A DNA stretch of 64,000 nt from Parcubacteria group bacterium (GTDB taxonomy: Bacteria; Patescibacteriota; Minisyncoccia; UBA10092), in NCBI GenBank assembly GCA_016186325.1, contig JACPLW010000012.1, positions 18,644-82,643 of the forward strand. The letters run 5' to 3'. A model generated the notes under the pieces. The model had not been told where the DNA came from. It searched no databases and was given only the letters and a program-made list of their open reading frames with translations. Shown here one piece after another: positions 46,098-54,291 of the stretch (within the stretch, counting starts at the first letter, position 1; every line of letters begins with the position of its first letter). The translations under genes and the position numbers were made by a program.

Positions 46098-46604
46098 TTA
46101 ATTTTTTAATTCGTTATAATTCGGCAAATCTTCTAACTTATTTAAACCCAAATGTTTTAAAAAATCAAAAGATACCTTGTAAATATAAGAGCGGCCGTCT
46201 TCCGGATTATTTTTTTTCTCTACAAGGCCGCGAATGGCCAAGTTCTGTAAAATAAAGCTGCAATTGACGCCGCGTAAATTTTCAATTACCGCGCGGCTTA
46301 CTGGGCCGCGATAAGCAATAATCGCCAAAGTTTCCAAAGCGGCTTGGGATAGGTCTTCCTCAAAATCGCTCTTAATCAATTTTTTAACCGCTTCTTCCGA
46401 TTCCGGCGCCGTTACCAGCTGAACTTTATTATCGGAAAAAACCAAACGAAAGCCGCGATTGTTTGTTTCGTAATCGCTTGCTAATATGTTTAATTCATTT
46501 TCCAGTTCTTTTTCAGGAATCTCTAAAATTTCTGATAATTTTTTAAAACCGATAGGATGTCCGGAAGTAAACAACAAACTTTCTATTATTGAAATAAGAT
46601 TCAT
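46098..46604 (-). CDS. scpB: SMC-associated protein ScpB
   Basis: IESLLF, LS.AALETLAIIAY..P, RGVN. Confidence 0.95.
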   Translation of the reverse strand: MNLISIIESLLFTSGHPIGFKKLSEILEIPEKELENELNILASDYETNNRGFRLVFSDNKVQLVTAPESEEAVKKLIKSDFEEDLSQAALETLAIIAYRGPVSRAVIENLRGVNCSFILQNLAIRGLVEKKNNPEDGRSYIYKVSFDFLKHLGLNKLEDLPNYNELKN

Positions 46605-46703
46605 CCCGTTAGAAATTTAATAAAATTATAATTAACTAAATTATTATTAAGCAATTGTTTTTGCAATGCGATATTAAATGAGAAAAATAGATTTCTAACG
46701 GGA
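46604..46703. mobile_element. CCCGTTAGAA-family element (100 bp) at the scpA/scpB junction
   Basis: TIR TCCCGTTAGAAAT/ATTTCTAACGGGA; TTCA on both flanks. Confidence 0.88.
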
Positions 46704-46704
46704 T

Positions 46705-47508
46705 TCATAAATTATCGCTGACTTTTTTTACTTTAATCTCTCCGAATAATTTATCTTGGGAAATTTCTAAAACTCTTTTTCTAAAAAGCATTAAAATCGC
46801 AATAAACGCCAAAACAACATTAATCTTTTCTGCTTTTGAGGTCGAACCACTTGTGGTGAGCAAAGTCGAACCACTTGTGGTGAGCAAAGTCGAACCACTT
46901 GTGGTGAGCAAAGTCGAACCAGAAATTTCGTTAAATGACGCTTCGGCCGCCGTACTTACTCTGCCCATAAGTTCTTCAATTTTTTCTTCCAAACTCATTA
47001 TTCTAACAAGGCCTTTTTCTTCCAATTTTTCAATCTGGGGCAGAGTCTTTAAAAATAGTTCGTAGATGTTTTTGAGATCTTCTATCGTAATACTTTTAGG
47101 CGGATAGAAGGTGGTTTGTAGGTTTAAAAAGTATTCTCTTGAAAAATAAGAATTGCGGCCCTTTGTCCATTTTCCCAGCATCTTCGCCATTGTTTTGATT
47201 TCCTGATACGCCTTTAACCGATTTTGCAGGTCTTTTATATCATCTTCTTCTTCAACGCTTAAAACAAGATTGGGCAAAAGCGAACGCGATTTTATAAGAA
47301 TCAGGCGGCTTGCAACAACCAAAAAATCAGCAAGTATTCTTTGATACTCGCTAGATACATCGCTTTTTATTTTTTTTAGATATTCCAAAAACTGATCCGT
47401 AACCTGTGCCAAAGAAATTTCGCCTATGGCCATCTTTTTTTCTTCTATTAAAGAAATTAGAAGATCTAACGGACCGGTAAATTTTTCTAAACTGACTTTA
47501 TATTCCAT
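46705..47508 (-). CDS. scpA: Segregation/condensation kleisin ScpA
   Basis: F.GPLDLL, FLVVA..L..IKSR.LLP, Q...FG.I. Confidence 0.93.
   Translation of the reverse strand: MEYKVSLEKFTGPLDLLISLIEEKKMAIGEISLAQVTDQFLEYLKKIKSDVSSEYQRILADFLVVASRLILIKSRSLLPNLVLSVEEEDDIKDLQNRLKAYQEIKTMAKMLGKWTKGRNSYFSREYFLNLQTTFYPPKSITIEDLKNIYELFLKTLPQIEKLEEKGLVRIMSLEEKIEELMGRVSTAAEASFNEISGSTLLTTSGSTLLTTSGSTLLTTSGSTSKAEKINVVLAFIAILMLFRKRVLEISQDKLFGEIKVKKVSDNL
46841..46921. repeat. 24-bp tandem repeat (about 3.4 units) in scpA, encoding SGSTLLTT
   Basis: Unit GTCGAACCACTTGTGGTGAGCAAA; related single copy at 63784-63803. Confidence 0.92.
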
Positions 47509-47556
47509 AATTTATTGCTAGAAAAAATAATTACATATTTATTCTCTAAGCGGGTT

Positions 47557-47650
47557 ATGAGCGCGAAGCGGGCATGGTGTCCCGCGAAGCGGGACGAGCG
47601 AGCGCGAATCCCTGAGCGAGCACGCTGGGCGAGCGAGGAAAGCGAGAGAA
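47557..47650. repeat. GC-rich GAGCG/GCGA-repeat patch with hairpin, between aspS and scpA
   Basis: Multiple GAGCG units; TCCCGCGAAGCGGGACGAGCG matches 46054-46075. Confidence 0.6.
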
Positions 47651-47678
47651 TAAATATGGAATTATTGTTGTATTTTGA

Positions 47679-49121
47679 TTATTTTTTTACAGAAATATGT
47701 AATTCTTTTAACTGTTTTTCGTTAACTTCTGATGGTGCGCCCATCAGCAAATCTCTATCATCGCCGGTTTTGGGAAACGCAATAACTTCCCTAATTGACT
47801 GCTCATTCATTAAAATCATCATGAGCCGATCAAGCCCAAGCGCAATGCCCCCATGCGGTGGAGCGCCATATTCAAAAGCGCGAAGCATATGGCCAAAACG
47901 CGCCTCAATGTCTTTTTTCTCAACTCCTAAAACTTCAAACATTTTATTTTGCAATTCTCTTTTATGGATTCTGATGCTTCCACCGCCTATTTCACTGCCA
48001 TTCAAAACCAAGTCATATGCTTTTGCTTTTAATTTTTCCGGATGAGTCATGTCGATATCAGCGGGTTTGCCCGCCAAAATTTCTTCGAAATTTCCGGCGG
48101 GCGCAGTAAACGGATGGTGCGATGAAACCCATTTTTTTTCGGTTTTGGAATATTCCAATAACGGCATATTCACTACCCAGGCGAAAGCCAATTCATCGGG
48201 ATTATTTTTACCTGCCCCGTAGGGTCGCGAAGCGACTCCTTCGGGGTCTTCGCGCAAATCCGGTTTATCGGAATTATATCTTGCCATTACTTCATCATAA
48301 TCCATTCTCGGAAACGGCTTCTTCCAAATTTTCTTTTCTGGAAAAATTGTTTCAACAAGTTTAATCATCATTCCTTCAATCAAATCCAAGACGTCGTCTT
48401 CCTCAACAAAACTCATTTCAACATCAAGCTGGGTAAATTCCGGCTGGCGGTCTCCCCTGCTATCTTCATCTCTAAAACAGCGAGCAATTTGAAAATATCT
48501 CTCCAAACCGGCGACCATTAAAAGCTGTTTGAATTGCTGGGGCGACTGGGGTAAAACATAAAAATTACCCGGGTGCTTTCTGGAAGGCACAACAAATTCC
48601 CGCGCTCCTTCGGGCGTGCCCTTGGTTAAATCCGGTGTTTCAACTTCTATAAATTTTTGTTCTTTTAGATAATTATTTAAAAATCTTAAAACTTCAGAGC
48701 GCTTCGTTAAGTTTTTCTGCATTTTTGGGTCGCGCAAATCAAGATAGCGATATTCCATCCGCAACTCCTCCCCTACTTTATCTTTTTCTCCAATTTCAAA
48801 AGGTGGAGTTTTGGCCTCATTTAAAACTTCCAGTTCTTCGGCGGCAAGTTCAATTTCGCCGGTTTCCAGTTTTGGGTTTTTCAGATTTTCCGGCCGCTCT
48901 TTTACCGTGCCTTCAATTGAAACAACCCACTCGGAGCGAAGCTGGTCGGCTTGTTTTCGCAAATCTTCGTTTCCTGCAAAAACAACCTGGAGCAAGCCGG
49001 AGCGGTCTCTTAAATCAATAAAAATAATCTTGCCGTGGTCGCGGCGCACATGAACCCAGCCGGAAACCTTAACCTTCTCTCCCACTTTTGAAATTGTTTC
49101 GTTTATAAATATGCGTTTCAT
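47679..49121 (-). CDS. aspS: Aspartyl-tRNA synthetase (short form, GAD insert largely absent)
   Basis: RRDHG..IF.DLRD, TPEGAREF, LPQSPQ, CFRDED, PPHGG.A.GLDR. Confidence 0.97.
   Translation of the reverse strand: MKRIFINETISKVGEKVKVSGWVHVRRDHGKIIFIDLRDRSGLLQVVFAGNEDLRKQADQLRSEWVVSIEGTVKERPENLKNPKLETGEIELAAEELEVLNEAKTPPFEIGEKDKVGEELRMEYRYLDLRDPKMQKNLTKRSEVLRFLNNYLKEQKFIEVETPDLTKGTPEGAREFVVPSRKHPGNFYVLPQSPQQFKQLLMVAGLERYFQIARCFRDEDSRGDRQPEFTQLDVEMSFVEEDDVLDLIEGMMIKLVETIFPEKKIWKKPFPRMDYDEVMARYNSDKPDLREDPEGVASRPYGAGKNNPDELAFAWVVNMPLLEYSKTEKKWVSSHHPFTAPAGNFEEILAGKPADIDMTHPEKLKAKAYDLVLNGSEIGGGSIRIHKRELQNKMFEVLGVEKKDIEARFGHMLRAFEYGAPPHGGIALGLDRLMMILMNEQSIREVIAFPKTGDDRDLLMGAPSEVNEKQLKELHISVKK
48211..48246. 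repeat. CCTGCC-hairpin repeat in frame in aspS (PEGVASRPYGAG)
   Basis: CCTGCCCCGTAGGGTCGCGAAGCGACTCCTTCGGGG, 36 bp. Confidence 0.75.
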
Positions 49122-49219
49122 CCCGTTAGAAATTTATTTAAATAAATAATGTTAATTTTTAATCAATATCCGACATTTGGCATATCCCGCAGACTAATAT
49201 TTATAGATTTCTAACGGGA
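49121..49219. mobile_element. CCCGTTAGAA-family element (99 bp) at the aspS start codon
   Basis: TIR TCCCGTTAGAAAT/ATTTCTAACGGGA; TTCA on both flanks. Confidence 0.88.
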
Positions 49220-49346
49220 TTCATAATAGACAAATTCTACCATATCAAATAATAAAAATTCAAATCGCTTGACAAAAAACCAAAAGATTGTAACATAGAA
49301 CCCGTCGATAGTAGGTCCCTTCACAATTAAAGTTAAGGAGGCGGTA

Positions 49347-50318
49347 ATGAATAAATTCACAGCGTATTTCTTTCTGTTTGTTACCCTACTTCTGCCAAAT
49401 CTCACGCAAGCCAGCTCTTTTGATGCAAAAATCGAGTTTAGCAACGCTAAAAAACTTTGTCTCGCAAAGCTCGGGGAAGATAACCTAAATCAATGGGAAA
49501 AAATCACCCTTGAGGACGGTACAATCATTGTCTGTGGAAAAGGTGAGAAAACGCCGTGGAGTGAGACAACCGGCCCAGAAATTACGGTACTTACTGAAAC
49601 CGGAGGTCGTACCTGCGCCTCAACGGCTTATAACCTCTCTGGAAATTTGCAGACCCTTGGCATATCTGCCGGAGAAACCGCGAGAACACTCATTGTCATT
49701 ATGGGTAGTGTTCTTGAAAAGATGAAGGAAACCGGTAGGTATGATTACGAAATTACTGACGCGCTTTTCCGCCAAATAAACGAACTTCTGCCGTCTCTTG
49801 ATTGGATAGTCAAAGACAGCGGCTGGTATATTTTGGGTGAAGCAGATAGTGCGCTCTCGCGGCTCTCATACATGGGACGTCTTTACGGCAAGCGTTACGG
49901 CATGCAAGTCATATCACTTTTCAACCAACTCATAGTAGATGGCAATGCGCGCTACCGAGATAACGAAGCGTGGTCGTTGTATTATAGAAAAGAAATCCTA
50001 AAGAATTTATACTATGCGATTAACGGCCTGATTCTTATTTCGGATACATTGCCGGACTGGGAAAAACCCACAAAACAGGAAATGAAAGAACTTGCCAAGA
50101 CATACCTTGAGTTTATAAAAGCTTACCCAGAAAAACACGGCTGGCTTTCAAAAAAAGAAATAGAAGTATTGGCCGATACCGACCCAGACATTCTTGCGGA
50201 AATTAGGAAGCTGGAAACGAAACGTGAAGAGACGGCTAACCTGAAAAACGTTACGGAAGAAGCAGAAAAAGAGTGGCAGAAAAAACAACCGGACATCATT
50301 GATACCGTTGAAAATTAA
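49347..50318 (+). CDS. Hypothetical exported protein
   Basis: Signal peptide, AAGGAGG SD, upstream TTGACA, downstream hairpin 50331-50350. Confidence 0.8.
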   Translation: MNKFTAYFFLFVTLLLPNLTQASSFDAKIEFSNAKKLCLAKLGEDNLNQWEKITLEDGTIIVCGKGEKTPWSETTGPEITVLTETGGRTCASTAYNLSGNLQTLGISAGETARTLIVIMGSVLEKMKETGRYDYEITDALFRQINELLPSLDWIVKDSGWYILGEADSALSRLSYMGRLYGKRYGMQVISLFNQLIVDGNARYRDNEAWSLYYRKEILKNLYYAINGLILISDTLPDWEKPTKQEMKELAKTYLEFIKAYPEKHGWLSKKEIEVLADTDPDILAEIRKLETKREETANLKNVTEEAEKEWQKKQPDIIDTVEN

Positions 50319-50354
50319 ATTTAAAAAAATAACCGCCTCGCAAGGCGGTTTATC

Positions 50355-50511
50355 TTATGTACCTAAACTATCAAGAAGCTTTCTTAACCAGCTCTCATCT
50401 TCGGCCTTCTTTTTGTTAAACAGTAGTTACTTCACCCTCTGTAAATTTTCTATCACAATTATCGCAAGCGGTTTTATCGCCCCCATATCCTTCCAAGTCC
50501 TCGTAGTCCAT
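50355..50511 (-). pseudogene. Possible gene remnant (MDYEDLEG...CDNC...)
   Basis: AAGGAGG SD plus a 31-aa ORF stopping at 50416; another frame stays open to 50355. Confidence 0.35.
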
Positions 50512-50521
50512 TTTTTCCTCC

Positions 50522-51022
50522 TTACCGCTCCTCAAACTGTCTGCCAACGATATTTTCCGGATGCTCTTTATTAAAAAGCTTTTCACTGTCACAAAGTAAA
50601 TAAACATTCGCTATCCCAGCTTCAATCATCTTATCCCAACAATCCTTACAACACCACCAATGGCCCCAGAGATAAAGATCGGCATCGATCGTTTCATCAA
50701 CTCTTTGTCGCTTAACATCTGCGATCGCCTTTGCTTCGCTGTGATTTTTAGGATGACAACCTTCACATAATTCGTAACCCTCGCCGCTCTTACAACCCAA
50801 AAGTACTCTCTGGCATTGATGCTTTTTATGATAATCGCTGCCGTTTGCTCCCATGCCAATCATTACATTGTTTTTAACAATAACCGCCGCTCCGGGCATC
50901 GTTTTATCCAGCGAATACCTTTTAGCAAACATCCGCACACACGCCATATATTTGTCATCGTCGGACACGTATCTTATTTCTTTTCCTTCAGGTAAATATG
51001 GATATTGAATTTTATTTTCCAT
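50522..51022 (-). CDS. Zn-dependent cytidine/dCMP deaminase family protein
   Basis: HSE and WCCKDC motifs, AGI..V. Confidence 0.85.
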   Translation of the reverse strand: MENKIQYPYLPEGKEIRYVSDDDKYMACVRMFAKRYSLDKTMPGAAVIVKNNVMIGMGANGSDYHKKHQCQRVLLGCKSGEGYELCEGCHPKNHSEAKAIADVKRQRVDETIDADLYLWGHWWCCKDCWDKMIEAGIANVYLLCDSEKLFNKEHPENIVGRQFEER

Positions 51023-51112
51023 TAGCTGATCCTTCTCATTGAAATAAAAAAGAACTAGTATTAAAATACTACAATATGACGACGTCTTGACACAATAAGA
51101 AATTTTGTGTCT

Positions 51113-52199
51113 TTATTTTTTTAACTCTGCTTCTATAAATTCGTCTAAATCGCCGTCTAAAACTTTTTCAACTTGGGAAGTTTCATAATCGGTGCGATGG
51201 TCTTTTACCATTTGATAAGGATGAAACACATAGGAACGGATTTGGGCACCCCATTCGGCTGATTTTTTAATTTTTTTAACTTTAGCTAATTCCACTTCTT
51301 CTTTCTTTATTTGTAGCGCGTGAAGCTTGGAAGCTAAAAGCTGCATGGCTTTATCGTGATTTTTCGATTGGGAACGTTCTGTTTGGACAGCCACGGCAAT
51401 TCCGGTTGGTAAATGAGTAATTCTGACCGCTGTCTCGCGCTTATTTACGTTTTGCCCGCCGGCACCGGAAGATCGGAATGTATCAACTCTTAAGTCCTCT
51501 GTCTTTATATTAATATCTTTAGATTCAATTTCAGGCACTACTTCCAAAGCGGCAAAAGAAGTGTGGCGCAATTTATTTGGTGAAAATGGAGAAATCCTCA
51601 CGAGGCGATGAACACCGGCTTCATTTTTTAAATACCCGTAAGCGTAAGAACCGCGCACTTCAATAGTGGCGCTTTTTACTCCGCCTTCTTCACCTAAAGA
51701 TTCGCTAAGAATGCCGGATTCCCATCCTCGAGATTCCACAAACCGGCTGTACATTCTTAGTAACATCGATGCCCAATCTTGGGCATCGCGGCCTCCAACT
51801 CCTGCCGAAATTGTTAGAATGGCGTTATTTTTATCGTATTTTCCAGAAAGAAAAACTTGAAGTTCCGCTTTAGAAAATCTTGCTTCAAGAGCGGCAAATT
51901 TTTCCGCAGTTTCGTTTAAAAGTTTTTTGTCGGATTCTTTTTCTCCCAAAGTGGCAAGTTCCAAAATTTCAACGGCTTCGGTTTCAAAATCGCTCCAAGC
52001 GTGGATTTCTTTTTCAAGTTCCGAAATTTCTTTTTGAACCAATTTGGCTTTATCCTGATTTTTCCAAAAATCAGATTTTTCGGTTTCTTTTTTTAATTCT
52101 TCAATCCTGGATTTCTTTCCGGGTAAATCAAAGACGGTCCGCAGTAATGCGGGATTTAGTGAGTAATCCTTGAATTTTTTCTTTTAAGTTCTCTATCAT
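51113..52199 (-). CDS. prfB: Peptide chain release factor 2 with programmed +1 frameshift at CTT-TGA (52133-52128)
   Basis: SPF and GGQ motifs; 23-codon ORF from ATG 52199 ends CTT TGA and the +1 frame continues into the main ORF. Confidence 0.95.
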
Positions 52200-52286
52200 A
52201 TTGCAATTATATTATCACAAAATTGATAAAATTACAAATAATGGTTCGGCTTCTTTCAACTCCACTCAGAACAAGTTACTCACCAC

Positions 52287-52325
52287 AAATAAAATCCCTC
52301 CCGCAATGCGGGAGGGATTTTATTT
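52287..52325 (-). terminator. Intrinsic terminator
   Basis: AAATAAAATCCCTCCCGC-AAT-GCGGGAGGGATTTTATTT. Confidence 0.8.
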
Positions 52326-52339
52326 AAAATATCTTGTTA

Positions 52340-53128
52340 TTACTTTGCCCAAATGACAAATGTGAAGAGTTTTTCACCGTTGCCGAGATTTCGCTCGTAT
52401 AGAGAATTATTGCCTCGCGCGTCTTGTTTCACTGCCTTGCCCCAAGCTGACGGGTCGTTAAGGTCTATATCCTGACCGACAGTTGCGGGCTTACCATTGC
52501 CTCCGCCGTCAACTGAAAAAAGAGCTGTATCAAAGCCGTCTAGATGGGCGTAGATTTCTGCGAGCTCATCATAATCGTGCTGATTCGGATGTTGGTTGGT
52601 TGACGGATCACTGGTGTAATCCATGCAAGTGCCGAGATTGGGATTGTCAAAAATTTCATCCTGATGGTCAAGCCCCAAAGTGTGGCCGACTTCCTGGCAC
52701 ATGACTAAATTTCTCCATTCCGGAGTATTGTAGGTGGCAGTATTAAAATAAGAATCATTTACTTTTACCGCACCTTTAGTTATATGCTCGCCATTTACCC
52801 AAATCTGGGCAACGCCGAGCCAGCCATTAAATCCATATTTTTCACTGCACACTTCTACCCTGCCGGTGGTTGCCTTGCAGGTGCGCGGCTTTGTTTTGCC
52901 CAAATCAACAACGGTATCAAGAACGTCAGAAATACTCCAATCGCTTGCAGTTGTTGCAAGATAGCTGTCCCATGCCAAAGAAACATTATCGCCGAGTTTC
53001 AATGTGAACGGATTTGAAGTGCGCGCCCAGTGGTATCCATTCCAAGAATGAGTTGCGCTTACAACTGACACCGCAACAAAAACTGCCACAAGAACCGAAA
53101 AGACTATTACATATTTTCTTATATTCAT
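52340..53128 (-). CDS. Secreted metzincin-like protein (QExGHxxGxxH variant)
   Basis: Signal peptide, CQEVGHTLGLDH, Met-turn CMDY. Confidence 0.8.
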   Translation of the reverse strand: MNIRKYVIVFSVLVAVFVAVSVVSATHSWNGYHWARTSNPFTLKLGDNVSLAWDSYLATTASDWSISDVLDTVVDLGKTKPRTCKATTGRVEVCSEKYGFNGWLGVAQIWVNGEHITKGAVKVNDSYFNTATYNTPEWRNLVMCQEVGHTLGLDHQDEIFDNPNLGTCMDYTSDPSTNQHPNQHDYDELAEIYAHLDGFDTALFSVDGGGNGKPATVGQDIDLNDPSAWGKAVKQDARGNNSLYERNLGNGEKLFTFVIWAK

Positions 53129-53202
53129 AATAATTTATTTAATTTAATTACATAATAATATTAAAAAGAAAGACTGTCAAAAATGGGAAAGTCTAATCTT
53201 AG

Positions 53203-53274
53203 AGCCGCCCCTCGGAATCGAACCGAGGACCTACTGTTTACGAAACAGTTGCTCTACCACTGAGCTAGGGCGGC
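53203..53274 (-). tRNA. tRNA-Thr(CGT)
   Basis: GCCGCCC/GGGCGGC acceptor, TT-CGT-AA loop, GTTCGATTC. Confidence 0.95.
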
Positions 53275-53277
53275 ATA

Positions 53278-53348
53278 AGCGGGTAAGGAGAATCGGACTC
53301 CTGTCTCAACCTTGGGAAGGTCGTATACTACCATTGTACTATACCCGC
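53278..53348 (-). tRNA. tRNA-Gly(CCC)
   Basis: GCGGGTA/TACCCGC acceptor, TT-CCC-AA loop; T-loop reads GTCCGATTC. Confidence 0.9.
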
Positions 53349-53512
53349 CTTCGCCCTCCGAAGCTAAAGCTTCTGCGGGCTACGGCGGGCAAAGCCCGCT
53401 ATAACCCATTTTAGCGAAGGAGGGTTCGTCCCGCCTCGGCGGGGCTTCGGTCGCACGCCGCCATAGCTTTGGCGACGGCGCGCGGACAAGCCCGCTAAGA
53501 TCACGAAGGCGA
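53345..53512. repeat. Cluster of nested GC-rich hairpin repeats abutting the 5' end of tRNA-Gly
   Basis: CCCTCCGAAGCTAAA/TTTAGCGAAGGAGGG, CGCCATAGCTTTGGCGACGGCG, CCCGCCTCGGCGGG, duplicated AAGCCCGCTA. Confidence 0.75.
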
Positions 53513-53523
53513 GATTTTCAATT

Positions 53524-53934
53524 TTATTTACCGAAAAAATAATACCACCATTGTTTGTAATTAGGTAAGTTTGTGTTGCTAACGGGCGATGCGGAGATTG
53601 TTTCACTGCCCGACGACGTTGCGGCGGTCGGCAAAATGACAACAACTTTCTCACCTTCTTTTTTATAATTTAACCTCACCCGCGCTTCTTTTTCTAAATT
53701 TGAAGAGCTCTTATAATAATCGAGTAATTTATCCATATCTTCTTTTTGTTTATTAAGACTCATAATTTCCGCGTTGAGCCGATCCAGGTCTATTTTAACT
53801 TGATAGCGGTGATAAAGGTTCTGAAAAATACCGATAATTAACGCGATTGAAATCGGAACAAGAAAAATAAAAAATATCTTTGATTTTATAAGACGCTTAT
53901 AAATTGAAATATTGTCTTTTTCTATTATTTTCAT
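53524..53934 (-). CDS. ftsB: Septum formation initiator FtsB/DivIC family
   Basis: TM, coiled coil, EKEAR.RL...K.GE.V, C-terminal N...WW.YFF. Confidence 0.8.
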   Translation of the reverse strand: MKIIEKDNISIYKRLIKSKIFFIFLVPISIALIIGIFQNLYHRYQVKIDLDRLNAEIMSLNKQKEDMDKLLDYYKSSSNLEKEARVRLNYKKEGEKVVVILPTAATSSGSETISASPVSNTNLPNYKQWWYYFFGK

Positions 53935-53935
53935 T

Positions 53936-54069
53936 ATCCCCCACCCTTTGTGGATTTGCTTTATTAATTATAAATTTGTATAATTCAAGTCAACCGTTTT
54001 ATTTATTAGATTTTTTAAGAGATAGTATAACTACTAAGCAATTATAATTATCCACAAAGGGTGGGGGAT
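53936..54069. mobile_element. Non-coding 134-bp element with 20-bp TIRs related to the GIY-YIG element
   Basis: ATCCCCCACCCTTTGTGGAT / ATCCACAAAGGGTGGGGGAT; outer 13 bp identical to the 22990/23283 ends. Confidence 0.8.
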
Positions 54070-54175
54070 GGGCAATAAAAACAAAAAAATAGTTAATATG
54101 CTGTGGCTTATAATCACTATTTTAGCCGTTATTTCAATGGTGGCGTTTATGTTTATTCCTCTATTGAGATTTTAG
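54068..54175 (+). CDS. Small single-TM protein (35 aa), not in the ORF track
   Basis: MGNKNKKIVNMLWLIITILAVISMVAFMFIPLLRF. Confidence 0.6.
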   Translation: MGNKNKKIVNMLWLIITILAVISMVAFMFIPLLRF

Positions 54176-54291
54176 CATTGAAATTGAACTGTTGACAAAG
54201 TTGTTATTTGTTGTTATTCTATTAAAGTAAATCGGGCCTTTTCAAGCACGGCCCATCATCAAGCAATGGGCCGTCTACGGACGGCCTGTTT

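Noticed and set aside
46841-46921. Mini-CRISPR in scpA
   Set aside because: Perfect head-to-tail units with no spacers, in frame inside a CDS.
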